Shown here: in pieces, positions 49,991-62,813 of the stretch
Layout: each line of letters starts with the position of its first letter
How positions within the stretch are numbered: the stretch's first letter is position 1
Origin: Camelus ferus
Lineage: Eukaryota
Assembly (NCBI RefSeq): GCF_009834535.1
Contig: NC_045697.1
Coordinates: 63,986,001-64,050,000, forward strand
Length of the DNA: 64,000 nucleotides
Direction: 5' to 3'
Notes under the pieces: model-generated
Database searches by the model: none
The model's input: only the letters and a program-made list of their open reading frames with translations
What the model was told of the DNA's origin: nothing
Translations under genes and position numbers: made by a program

Positions 49991-52629
49991 TCTTGCCCCT
50001 CCAATATGATAAAAAAAAAAAAAAACCCATAAATCAAGGTAAGATAAGTGATTACATTGTCAGAATTTGAAAATTCTTTATTTTGTGACATTTAACCTAA
50101 TACTAAGATATTAAACCTGATTGTGTATTTTCACTGATGCTATATTATAAATTATATTTTGGTGTATGTGGGTTGATAAATTAATTTTATTATAAATAGG
50201 AACCAATCTGCACATTTTTCTCAATTCTTCTGTTATAGATTTGCTAATGGAAATCAATATATTTATTTGACATGTATTTTATAGCTAGCTTTTCTATTAT
50301 CTATCTATTCCATTAAATTTATGCTTCTCAAACTGAAACACTCTTTGTTCTGAGATATTGATGATATTCTTTATGATCCCTTTGAAGTTACTTCAGGATG
50401 ACTCAGGATGACTCATTTTATATATATTTATATATCACATTTTCTTCAAAATTTGTAATTTATATTTACAATAAATTATATTATTGGATAAAATGCAAGT
50501 TATAAAAGGGTTTTAAAATAAGACATTTCAAGGAAATTTTATTTGTGTTATAGCCAGTTTCTGGTTGTTCCAACTCTACCTGAAAGTTTCACTCTTTTCT
50601 ATCATTAAGTTTATTTAGAAGAATTTGAGAACTACTGCTTTTAGAAGTTAATTTAATCGTGATTTACATTACTGAAGTTTTACAAACTATGAAAAGATGA
50701 AGTGCTGAAGCTCAAAAATAGTAACATTATTAACCAGCCGTGGTTAAGTTAGTGTATAGTATGTCTTCTCTCATTGTAATTTGGATGAATTGAACGACTA
50801 ATCTAGGACTAGTATTTACATACCATATTTAGGATATATGTAAATAATTTATCAATAAAATATTCAGACTAGCTGTATTAAAGTCTCATTTACTAGCTAG
50901 AAAACAATGCAGCGGGCAATATAATTCAGCTATAAAACACTTACATTAATGGTATGTTTTTTTAAAAGAAATGACCTTAATTCTCAGAAACAGAAACAAA
51001 ACTAACCAAAGGAAAGCTATTTGGGATAAGAACATACTTTAGAAATCCTATCTCCAATAAGGTTTTGTCCTACCTTATTTTTATAATTTGTGTTGTCAGC
51101 CTGCCTTATTTTGCATAGCACAGTAAAATAGCATCTTGTACTCATAGAGCATGTTTCACCAGAAAGGTCAATGGACTTTTCAAACTCATTAATTCTTACA
51201 GCATCCCTAGGGGTGTGTAATATATTATACAGGTGAAGAAATTTAAAGCTGAGATTTATGAACAATACTGCCCTGTCACGTTGAAATGAAATGACCAAAC
51301 CTCAATGAGCCCACTGTAGGTACAAAAATAAAGATTTAACTAATGTGAATATTATTTGGGGAGTGGGAGAGAATTCAAATAAATATCTTCAATTAAATAA
51401 TGTTGGGAAAAGGAAAAGGTAAATAAACAATTAAGTGTGCTTCTGCACATAGCAAACAATTCATTAAGGAAAACAGGGTATTTGCAGTCATTTTAACTTA
51501 ATGTTTTGGGAAAAAATAAAAACCAGTTACTGCTAATTCTGGTTTTGATCTAATTTGGGATACTCGTTGAGGGTTAAACATGTAGCTTTTAATTACTTTT
51601 ACTTAATATTGCATATTATCCAAATTATCTGTAAACTTTCTATTAAAGAATATCATCTATTCAAAAGTAATGAATCTACCCTTTTACAAGGAAGTGGATT
51701 ATCAGTGAACTTACAAAGCACAGTGAAAATTCTGGTCCGAGGAGTCATAGGCAATTAGAGCTATACTAGAATAATTTTTTATTAAAAGCAAAAGAAACGT
51801 GTATTCAAATACACATTAATAATTAGTTGATGAAATATGCTATATCAAAAGCAATTCTGACTTCATGATCTTAGGAGAGTTATGGAATCTACCAGCTTTC
51901 CTAATTTAAATGAGAATGCTGTCTAAATATTGTATCAACCTTCATTTACTTTTAAAATAAAAAATGCACAGACAGTAGGCATAAATAATTTAGATAATTG
52001 GTGTAAATTCATATTAAAAGGTACTTTGTGGAAAACTCTTGGTTTCTTTTGATATAAGAATTGTATAAAGTGATTAAAATGTCCTTTTCTCATGAATATG
52101 TCAAAACAGCAAAACCACAGGCATTTTAAGAAAGCCATTCCTGAATCTTATTATTAGATTATACTGAGTCTTCTATCAAATATTTTCAACATTTTTATAA
52201 ATAGTATCCTCTATTTCTACTGGCTATATTAAATGGCAGGAAAAATAACTATTTTTTTTTCTATGACAGTTGCCTAAGATTTTTAGAATTAAGTATTAGG
52301 GAGAAGAAATTACGCTCAGAAATCTCTTCTTGCCTCCAATGAATAAGCTGCAGAATGTATAGGGGGTAAAACATTGAGGATATTGTTCAAGGTTACATCA
52401 GACTCCCTAAGTGCTGGGGCTGTCTTCAGGGGTGCTCAGTTTCCCTATGTACAAGCCTCTATCTACTTCTGTCAAATAGCAGGGGTTTAGCATTTTATCT
52501 AACAGCTGTGTGGATTGAACACTTTGAGCCTTGTCACTTGAACTTGTAAGGCAGTCCTCCAGTGTTCTTACTAAAATGTTTTAGCAACATCGCATTTATT
52601 CTCTATGTATTTTTTAAATATATTTTTTA

Positions 52630-53030
52630 AATTCATCAAAAATTTACTGAGTATCTTCTATGCATCAGGTACCATGCTAAACTGGAAGCTCAAGTAAACT
52701 AGACACTGCCCCTACTTTATATAGCTTTCTTCCTGATAGGAAGATAATGAGTTATTTTAAAGAAATGACAGTATTTATTACTGTAATAAATACTGTAATA
52801 GCAATTAGTACAAACTGATATTGGAGTAGAAAGAATGGGATTAATTTTGCTTGGGGACACTGGAGAAATCCAGTGATGAGGAAATATTTGAGCTATGTCT
52901 TAAAGCATAGATGAGTTCCTAATGTAGTAAAAGAAGGTAAGCATTTCTTAGAGAAAATATGGTTTTTTCAGAAGCCTAAAGGAGTGAAAGTGAGTAACAT
53001 GTTCAGGAATTTGCAAGTAATACAGTGAAA
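52630..53030 (-). mobile_element. L2 3' end
   Basis: attcatcaaaaatttactgagtatcttctatgcatcaggtaccatgcta...gaggaaatatttgagctatgtcttaaag. Confidence 0.8.
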
Positions 53031-53245
53031 AAGTTTTGTAAAGATTAAATAAGGTTGAAACCCATCACTGGCAGTTTTTATATGGCTACTTTCAGGGAAG
53101 AAGTCGTCAAAGTATTTTGATTTCATTATTTTACCATATAAGTTTTTTTTTTTGCAAATATAAACATTTATACATTTATTTACATGAACTCCTGATTTGA
53201 TATACTGTAGTCATGGTAAAACACACAAAAATAGAAATTAATAGG

Positions 53246-54428
53246 ATAATGAAGCTGGCGTCATAACCTTCCCATACTTCAGACAATATTACAAAGCTAC
53301 AGTAACAAAACAATGTGATACTCGCACAAATACAGACATATGGATCAATGGAACAGAATAGAGAGCCCAGAAATAAACCTACACACCTACAATCAGTTAA
53401 TATTCAACAAAGGAAGCAAGAATATACAATGGAAACAAGACATTCTCTTTGGCAAGTGGTGTTGGGAAAGCTGGATGGCCGCATGCAAATCAAAGAAGTT
53501 AGAACATTCCCTCACACAAAATTAAATTCAAATATAAGACAAGACACTATATATCTCCTAGAAGAAAACATAGGCAAAAATTCTGACATAAATCATAAAA
53601 ATGTTCTCCCAAATCAGTCTATCAAGCCAATAGAAATAAAAGCTAAAGTAAACAAATGGGGCTATTTAAACTTATGTGTTTGCACAGCAAAGGACACCAT
53701 AAACAAAACAAGAAAGCCTACAGAATAAGAGAAAATATTTGCAAACAATGCAACTGACAACAGCCTAATTTCCAGAATATATACATACATACATATGTGT
53801 ACATAAATAGTTCATACAACTCAATAACAAAAAAACAACCTAATCCAAAAATGAGCAGAAGACCTAAATAGACATTTCTCCAGTGAAGACCTACAGATGG
53901 CCAAGCAGCCCATGAAAAGATGCTCAGTATTGCTAATTAACAGAAATGCAAATCAAAAATACAATGAGATGTCACTTCACACTGGTCAGGATGGCCGTTA
54001 TTAAAAAGTCCGTAAACAATGGATACTAGAGAGAGTGCTGAGAAAAGGGAACCCACCTACACTGTTGCTGAGACTGTAGTTTGGTGCAGCCACTACGGAA
54101 AACAGTATGGAGAGGCCTCAAAAAACTAAAAACAGACTTACCATATGATCCAGCAATTCCACTCCTGGGCATATATCTGGAGGAAACTCTAATTTGAAAA
54201 GATGTATGTACCCCAATGTTCATAGCAGCATTAATTACGATAGCCAAGACATGGAAGCAACCTAAATGTCCATCAACAAATGACTGGATAAAGAAGATGT
54301 GGTATATATATAAAATGGAATATTACTCAGCCATAAAAGAGAATGAAATAATGTCATTGGCAGCAACATGGATGGACCTAGAGATTATCATACTAAGTGA
54401 AGTAATTCAGACAGAAAAAGACAAATAG
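53246..54428 (+). mobile_element. Camelid-type L1 ORF2 C-terminal segment, truncated at both ends (no 3' UTR)
   Basis: ORFs 53340..53525 ([24 protein letters not shown]) and 54216..54428 ([20 protein letters not shown]...WMDLEIIILSEV) are L1 ORF2p. Confidence 0.95.
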
Positions 54429-54429
54429 A

Positions 54430-56120
54430 CAAACAAATGAAAACCCCCAGTTCTCAGCTAACTCCTGGGGAGGAAAAGAGTAAATCCCTACATCCAACCT
54501 CTCTGTGGCTGCCCAAAAAACTAGCATCTTACCAGTATTGAAGCTCTGATTAGTTGGGATCACTCCAGTCCCATGAGGGAAAACAGAGACAGCAGTTTGG
54601 GCTGGGTAGATGCCTAAGATCCTCCCTCATGGCTCAGCACTGAGTAAGGAGACAAAACCCACAGCTTTGTTTCTTCCTGAAAAGAGAAAGAGTTGGTAGG
54701 CACCTCCAGAATCTTTAGCAGAGCTGATTGGTGGAGGTCTTCCAATCAGTTTGTGAAGATTGGGAGACATGCCTGTCTTGTCTAAGCACAGACTTTAAGG
54801 TACGGAGTTAAGGAAAATAATTAGACGAAGATGTTCCAAGCAAAGGAACTTAATAAATAAATAAATCTTCATAAACTGACCCTTTTGAAATAGAGTTATG
54901 TGACTTACCTGGTAGAAAATCAAAATAACTATCAAAGATGTGTATCTAAGTCATGAGACCAGTGCATGAACAAAGTGATAATTTCAATAAAGTGAGAGAT
55001 TACACAAATAGTCTCTGACAAATGGTATTTGGGAAAACTGGGTATCCACATGCAAAAGTATATAATTGGACCATTATCTTACACAAAAATCAATTCAAAA
55101 TGGATTAATGACTTAAATGTAAGAGCTGAAACTATAAAATTCCTAGAAGAAAACAGAGTAGAGCTCATATTGATTTTGAGTGATCTTGGATGTGACCCCA
55201 AAAGCATAGGCCAACAATCAAAAATAAACAAGTGGGAGTACCTCAAGCCAAAAAGCTTCTATACAGCAAAGGAAATAATCAACAGTGAAAAGAAAACCTA
55301 TGGAATGGGAAAAAAATTATTTGCAAACCATAGATCTGATAAGAGGTTAATCTCTGAAATATGTAAGGAATTTCTATAACTCAGGAGCAAAAAATGAATA
55401 ACCCAACTTAAAAAAAAAATGAGCTAAAGACTTGAATAGCCATTTCTCCAAAGAAGACATACAAATGGCAAATGGGTATATGAAAACATGCTCACTGTAA
55501 CTAACTATCTGGGAAATGCAAATTGAAACCACAATGAGATATCACTTCTAACCTGTTGGGATGGCTATTATCAAAAAAGCAAGACAACATGTATTGGTGA
55601 GGGCCTGAAAATTTTTGAATCCTTGTACACTATTGGTAGGAATGCAAAATGATGTAGCCACTATGGAAAACAGTATGAAGCTATTAAAAAAATAGAACTA
55701 CATATGATCCAACAATCCCATTTCTAGATATTTGTCCAAAAGAATTAAAATCAAGATCTTAAAGAGATATTAGCATTCCCACGTTCTTAGTAGACAAGAT
55801 GTAGAAACCTAAATGCCTATACGGGTGAATGGATAAGGAAAATGCAATATATACATACAATGAAATACTATTCATCCTTAACGAAGAAGGGAATCCTGCT
55901 GTATGTGACAATATGAATGAACCTTGAAGACAGTATTCTACGTGAAATAAACCTATCACAGTAAGACACAGTAAGATGATTTCACTTATATGAGGTATCT
56001 TTAATAGGTAAATACACAGCATCAAAGAGTTAAATGGTGATTGCCAAGGGTTGGGAAGGTGGAAAATGTGGAGTCACCAATCAACAGGCATGAAGTTTCA
56101 GTTAAGCAAAATAATTTCTA
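54430..56120 (+). mobile_element. Older L1 (L1MA-like): 5' UTR and ORF1 start joined directly (~55000) to ORF2 end and partial 3' UTR
   Basis: ORF1-like gaacaaagtgataatttcaataaag. ORF 55029..55379 [25 protein letters not shown] is ORF2p. 3' UTR motif gtgattgccaagggttggg...tgaagtttcagttaagcaa. Confidence 0.85.
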
Positions 56121-57390
56121 ATTATTTGATTTCTTACCTTGGATGAGATTATCACTTTATTTACCTCATCATGTGGCTATCAGATAGTTCACTGTAGCAG
56201 CATAGGTGTCAGCTCCACATTGCTTCTAGGATACAGTGATATGTGCAAGTTTATGTCTGTTCAGTTAAGTATGTGTCATGTTATCTCATATTAATTAAAC
56301 TAACAGAATTTGGACACGTGCCCTTGTCAACCTTTCTGTGCCTCTCACTATTTGCTGGAGACACTTAAAGCATGTAGCAAAATGAGTGTTACGTAAAGAG
56401 ATAAAGTAAGGATTTGGGGCACCAATCTTCATTTCCTTCTCATAGTATAAAAATAATTTAAAATTCTAACATTTTCTTTCTTTCCATACTGGGTCACCTT
56501 GAGCACCGTCCAGGGTTCCCCAAAGAAAAAAGCCTATGTAATTGGCTTCATACTGTCAGCTGTTCTGTGATTCTTTTGGCTATCGAGTGAAACAAGGTCT
56601 CGTATTCTGCAAGGTTCCTCTCTTAAAATGTGGGAAATGGTTTTCCCCTCAGGAATATTTTTAACCTTCTTAGCACTGGGCTTAATACTTGAGTTTACTA
56701 AAATGGATTTGTTAATCCATCTGTTCCTTTTGTTTGAATTCAGGGGATTAGACATTACAACTCTAGATTCCTTTTTATTTATGAATTTATATTTCCCAAA
56801 GAACATATGAAAATCAAAGTCCAGTTATTGCCAAGGGAGAATCTAGTTGCTTTGGAAAATTTTGCAAATAAATTATTAAAACAATGCTGAGTAATACATG
56901 CTTTAACCAATTCTAAAAATAATAATATCATGCAATCATTCTCATTCATGTTATTTTATGAACTATTATTGCATCTTAGACCTTTAATACAATTTATACA
57001 TTTTTAAACTGTCATATTTTAATATTTCTAACAGTTATAGACCTAAATGAAAATGTCTCATTCTATCACTCTGTGTTTTGACCAGTGGGTATCATGAGCA
57101 AAAGTATAGGAAGAAGGAAAGACTGAACATGTAAAACACCAAAATATAACAAATCAAATATTGACAATATTATTCTTGGCAGCAAAAATTTTTACTACCT
57201 GTAGAAAATCAATTGACAGAAGGGTAGGTGAATTGTTGGAGGGATGAATATATAAGTAAATGTTGTTCAAAATCCTAGATGCATATACTCTAGGCACTCA
57301 AATTAAAAAGAAATGTTTCATTAAAAAAAAAAAAAAGTCCCATTTTCCTCACTGGTACCAAAGCAAAATCAGTTACATAATTTATAAATT

Positions 57391-57443
57391 CACACCAGAA
57401 ATTGACACATTATAAACTGACTATACGACAATAAAAACAAAAA
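57391..57443 (+). mobile_element. Extremely 5'-truncated L1 terminus (~50 bp)
   Basis: acaccagaaattgacacattataaactgactatacgacaataaaaacaaaaa is the reverse-complement homologue of the tails at 7904, 8951 and 9906. Confidence 0.75.
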
Positions 57444-57714
57444 GTTCAGTTGTTCTCATTTAATTTCTAGTTCTTCCTCGGTTTAGAACAATATTTTTTG
57501 TTCTTTGTACACTATTTTTGGAGGCAGTTAAACAGAAACATTTGAACAATATTACCCAATATAGACGATTTGTCCTTTGAAGCTTAGTGGCCTGGCATTG
57601 ATACTGGGTTTGAAACACAGCAAGTGATTAACAATTATATGTTAGAAATATACCTTAATATCACTATTCTTTGAAAACAAAAACCAAATACTACTCACAA
57701 GTGAAAGAACATTT

Positions 57715-57856
57715 GTTCATTTTTATCTGGATGGCTAGATCAAAAGCTTCATAAGGTCAAGTAGCAGGTCATTTTTGCTCCTTGCCACATGTTTAATGCC
57801 CGACACGGTGCCTGGCAAAAAGTGGCCACTGGTGTAAATTTATTAAATGAAGAAAT
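57715..57856 (+). mobile_element. L2 3' terminus
   Basis: aatgcccgacacggtgcctggcaaaaagtggcc...aaatttattaaatgaagaaatg. Confidence 0.65.
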
Positions 57857-58204
57857 GCCTAGGCCCCAAAAGTAAATGAAGTAAAGGATTCCACTACTCA
57901 CATTTAGCCCACTTTTCCTGTGGACTGAGCACGTCTGTAAACCAGTCCAGTCCTTTTATTCACGTATTCATTATTTCAGGTTACTTCACATGATACCTTA
58001 CAGAGGTAGCAACATATTGTTAGAAGTAAAGAAAAAAATAACATCTTCTAATTTACATATTACAGGCATAGTGCTAGTACTCATGAATTTTCAGGGACTT
58101 TTACAAATAGTTTATATATGAAAACTACTTATTTCAAATATGAAAATAAAACTATATACATATATAACTTAACAGTTTAAATATATGTATCTGGGGGCCT
58201 CCAA

Positions 58205-58860
58205 AACTCCAAGTCATCTCTCTCTTGGCCTATGGTAATTGCCTACTAAGTCTTCTTACTCTAACCTAGTAGATCCACTTTCTATACAGGAGCCAATCAT
58301 TTTTTCCAGTGTGTTGGGTCTTATCGCATCACTCTTCTGCATCAAGTTATCCTTTAATACAAACAAAATTGAAGACAGTCTTTATTATGAGACTGCATGA
58401 GTGGCTTCTGACTTCTTTTCTGACCTTGTTCTCTGTGATCTCCCCCCACTCCTTCCTCAGCAAACACACTGGTGTCCATGTTTGGCTCTGAGGTCTTTAA
58501 CAGTACTATTTGCTTTTCCTGGGTTTTTTTCCTCCTTAGATGGTTATATTGCTGACTCTACCTATAATTTGGATGTTAAGTTAAAATGCACTTCCTTTGA
58601 GGTGATTTCTCTGCCAACTCAACTGAATTAGTACTTACCCCTTCATTTAGTCATTCTCCAGCTCATTTCATTTGGTCACTTTCTCCATAGCTTTTAGCAA
58701 TGCAGGAATGTATCACATATAGATTACCCTTAGTCTCCCCTACATGGAATGTAAACTCTAAGAGGGCAAAGTTTGGTCTTGTTCGTAATTGGTAAAATAC
58801 TGCCTAAAATTTAGTAGGTGCTCAATAACTATTCTTTATCTAAAAAACTGAACAAATAAT
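58205..58860 (+). mobile_element. L2 3' part
   Basis: gaatgtaaactctaagagggcaaagtttggtcttgttc...tagtaggtgctcaataa. Confidence 0.8.
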
Positions 58861-60159
58861 AAATGGGTTTTAAATTCTGGCCACAGTATAAGAGTATTTC
58901 TGAGTTTTAGGGGGCTTTTTGGTCGGTTGTTTCGTTTTGTTTCAGTTTCTGTTTATATACCTACTTCTAAAATTCTCAAAAGGAGCATTCTGATGAACAT
59001 ATAATCCTTACAGAGCTTTCTTCCATGGGATATAGCATCAACATAATTTAAGTATATATTTAGTAAAATTATTTTTATAGCCATATTTATTTGTCTGATT
59101 ATATAGTTCTACATCTCATTTTATTTGACCTCATTAGTGCAGTCTCACTGTTTATTTAAGATTGGGCCACACTAGATCTCATGTATAACAGGGAACTGGT
59201 CATTTTAGTGAGAACTGTACTGCACTGAAGATGTTTGAAAACATCTAGAAATAGAGTTAATATTACTTCAACCACATTTCATCAAAGTTGTTTTCTTCTC
59301 TCTGCCACTAAATTTCAAAATCATGGGTTTTACCCTTGCTTTTAGAATTTTTTAAGATATTGAAAAGTTAAGATACCATTATTTTCCTGAGACTTTCTCT
59401 GAAATAGTGTTTTTCAAGATTGGAAACTCTTTTCCGTCTTTAAAAATTCTTAAAGTAGAGCTTACGTAACTCCCCCCCCCCGCCCCATAGTCTGTATTAA
59501 GTATTATTGTTTTCAGAGTATTCTACTTCAAGCTGTTCCTTGTGCCCTATATAGCATAGAGGTTTCTCTTCTTTCCATGCTCCTCCTCTTGCAAAGAGAG
59601 CAGCTGTTGTCCTGTAAAAGAGTGCCAAGTTTAATCTCTAAGCTCCTGGAGGCAAGACAGGCCCTCCTGAAGGCCCTCATTTCTAGAAATCTGTGCCCCA
59701 AATTGGCAAGAAAAGACCTTGTTAATTTAAGGGTGCCTGAGTCATACACCAAATTTATCCTACTTGGCTAGGATTAACTATTTGCCCAGAAGCACAAACT
59801 ATAGTAACTGGAACTCAGTTAATTGTGCTGCCTTTCATATAAATAGAGTCATGCAGAAGTTTGATTTAGAGGTCTCAGAGAGACCAGGGTTCAGATCTAT
59901 TTTGTCTTGCTAAGTGTGGGGGCAGAACACACACAGCTCTGAAGTCGCCATCTGCTTCTCTCTACCACACACAAAAATACACAGCTCTCTGCATTTATAA
60001 ACATTTACCTGATATACATGTATATATAGTCATTGATGTGAGCAGGTGTTTCTTTTTCATTTGTGGAACTCTCTATTCAATTACATTTCACACACCTGAG
60101 CAGAATATAGATTTCTTGATAACAGAAATAAGATCACAGTTTCACCTATGTGTAATACT

Positions 60160-60395
60160 GACACTGGTAGTAAACATCCTGATAACAGGTCCTCTGCTAT
60201 GTACTTTACGTAGGTCATTTAAGCTCTGTAACACTCTGAGAAGTAAGGATTAACCCTATTTAAGAGGTAAGACTACAGAGTCTTTGACCCTCTAAGTAAC
60301 TTGTCCAAAGTTATGTAGCAGAAATTATTCTATAGCCAAAATATTAATTCAGCACTGCCTGATGCCAAGTGTATGCTGTTTCTACTATGCTAAAT
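60160..60395 (-). mobile_element. MIR SINE
   Basis: taagtaacttgtccaaagttatgtagc...ctgcctgatgccaagtgtatgctgtttctactatgc. Confidence 0.7.
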
Positions 60396-60800
60396 AGCCT
60401 GTCAATAAGTGACAATTCACTTGACTTGAGCTAGTATATATAAATTACATAGTTCCTCATCCCCTAGTAGGAGCCCCAGATCCATCAATAGTTCTTAGAG
60501 TGACAGGTTTCAATAAATCGTAAGATCTTATTTAAAGCGATAAAGAATCACATTTCATTTTTAAAATATGTTCCTGATTATTATGTACTTATAATACATT
60601 ATATGAAAGCATATTATACATTTAAAAAATAAAGTCTACATATTAACAGGTATACAATATATAAGAACATAAAACCCCAAAAAATGTTTTGAAAGAAAAG
60701 TTTAGGACTTCACCTTAAAAGTAATGTAAAATAAAATTCTGTATAATAAAGATTTTCAGAAGAATGATACGAATTATGAAATGAACTAACAAAGGATTTC

Positions 60801-61399
60801 ATGATAGTCAATCCATTTTCTTAGGTCGGGTAGTTTCCAGTTTTCTACTTCTGGAAGCATTTATCTTTCTATACAACTTCCTATACTGTGTTCATGAGCC
60901 TTTGAAACAATCGAATTTATAGTCTGGAAAGTGAAGCTATCTTATTATGAAATAAAATTGCTAATCTAGAACATATTTGCAATTACATAATATCTTTTAT
61001 TCTGTAATATATATAGTTTAAGAGTTGAAAACATGCTGTGGGTTTAGTCCAATCCACAAATCATTACTGTACTTCCAAAAGATTCTTTATATTCAAATAC
61101 AGAACATGTTAAGTATTCTGCATAGAAATGAATACTGAAGAGGAAGTAATTTTGCTTCCACATAAAGATTATTTCAAACTTATTTCCTGTTAACCATATG
61201 CCTACTTTAAAGAAAGAAGAAGTGACAATTATATGCCTGCCATTTACTCAAAAATTGCAGTGCACATGTTTTCAATTATACTTTGCAATGTAATCAGTTT
61301 ATATGCTTTGTCCTTTATGTCCTTTATTTTCTCTTCAGCTGCTTTGCAGAAGTAGAAAACTGGAAACTACCCCATCTAAGAAAATGGACTGAATATCAT
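60801..61399. repeat. 53-bp inverted repeat (60801-60853 / 61347-61399) with 493-nt spacer in apparently unique DNA
   Basis: atgatagtcaatccattttcttaggtcgggtagtttccagttttctacttctg vs the reverse complement of cagaagtagaaaactggaaactaccccatctaagaaaatggactgaatatcat: 49/53 identical, with a perfect 26-bp inner block. Confidence 0.95.
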
Positions 61400-61984
61400 T
61401 TTACTATAAACTTAGTCAGATTCCCAAGATGGTCTTAGTATGGCAGAGATATTTTGCATAACTTCATTGAGATCATGAACTGATTAGTACTCAAGGAAAA
61501 TGAAAGGGTTGAAGAATTAGATATTCTCTTTTCTCACGTCATACATGTAGTTAAGAAACGATACCTCATTATTCTTTGTGAAGATGGCATAAGGTGAATG
61601 GGAAAAATAAACAACAGCAATGATTTATTATTAAAGATATTGTAACAGTTATGCCCTTGAATCTGTTTCTCAGATAAAAAGTGAAATCTCCTGTTCCTGA
61701 AATCTACATCTCCCACAATCAAAAATTCACTTCAGCAAAAGCTGCATCTATATTAGCATTTCAGTGGTGGCAATTTTCATTGTATTATTCAAATCACTTT
61801 AATCTCCCTCTTTATTTCAGGAGGGGCAGGATCAAATTATATGGGATTGACACTTTCTACGAAATTCATAGAGCTAAACAAAAATGTCAAGATAGAGTCA
61901 TCATGAACAGTTTTTTTTTCTTTTGTGCATTCCTAAGGGGTGACCACACTGGTTAGAAATCTTAAATGGATCCTATGACCCACT

Positions 61985-62460
61985 GACCAAAGTCCTTATG
62001 AATATGGCATTCATGACCTACATTCTGATCTCATCCACACTTTACCACACCTGTCTTTCCATTCAATATAAACTGCACCTGTATGGATGCTTAATATTCC
62101 CTATTAGCCCTTGCAGTCCCTTGTTTTATTCCACGTTATTGATGACAGTGTTACTACTTCACCATGGAAATCCTTATTTCATTCTCCATTCACCCAGATT
62201 TTCCACCACCACAAAATCCTCATGTGATACCCTCCATAATATCTTTCAGATCTCACTCCTTGAACCTGCTGAAAGCAACATTGCATACTCCTGTATCTTC
62301 ATCACACCTTTTATTATTATTACAGCTCTTGTTAGTTTTCCTTGTACTCTATCTGTGCACATAATTACTTGAAGACAGGGACTTGCCTTAGTCATCTTTG
62401 TATTCTTTCAGCCCTTAGAATGGCTTAAAATATTGTAATTTCTCAAATATTATTTAATTT
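61985..62460 (+). mobile_element. L2 3' part
   Basis: aagtccttatgaatatggcattcatgacc...acttgaagacagggacttgccttagtcatctttgtattc...ctcaaatattatt. Confidence 0.7.
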
Positions 62461-62813
62461 AATCTTAAATAGTTCTTGAAAAGCTGAGGTTAGACTACCT
62501 TTGTTATTCTAATTCTAACGTCGCAAAGCAAGTAAAACAATGCTTTTTGAGTAAGTGCCTAAATACTGAGCAACTGGGGCCTCTATAGTCAAAAGAGTTA
62601 AAGTAACCAGAGTGCTTGCCAGTTGGGGTGATACGAATAAAGACCTGCACCGTTAACCTCGTTCTTGGTGTATCTGGCCAGGTTTAGTGGCTAAAAATAG
62701 TAACCTTATGACATTTCTTTTTATATTCAAACTTTTTTTAAAAGATAACTTTATCAGAATGCCTAAGGACAGATAAATTTCTTACATCATATTAAATTTT
62801 TTATATCTGTATA

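Noticed and set aside
56499..56519. REST RE1-like site (ttgagcacc...)
   Set aside because: The left half is similar, but the GGACAG right half is absent in the correct orientation.
59136..59228. Short inverted repeat agtgcagtctcact / agtgagaactgtact as a MITE or pre-miRNA
   Set aside because: Only ~14 bp with a gap and a mismatch, the inner sequence does not pair, and there is no symmetric TSD.
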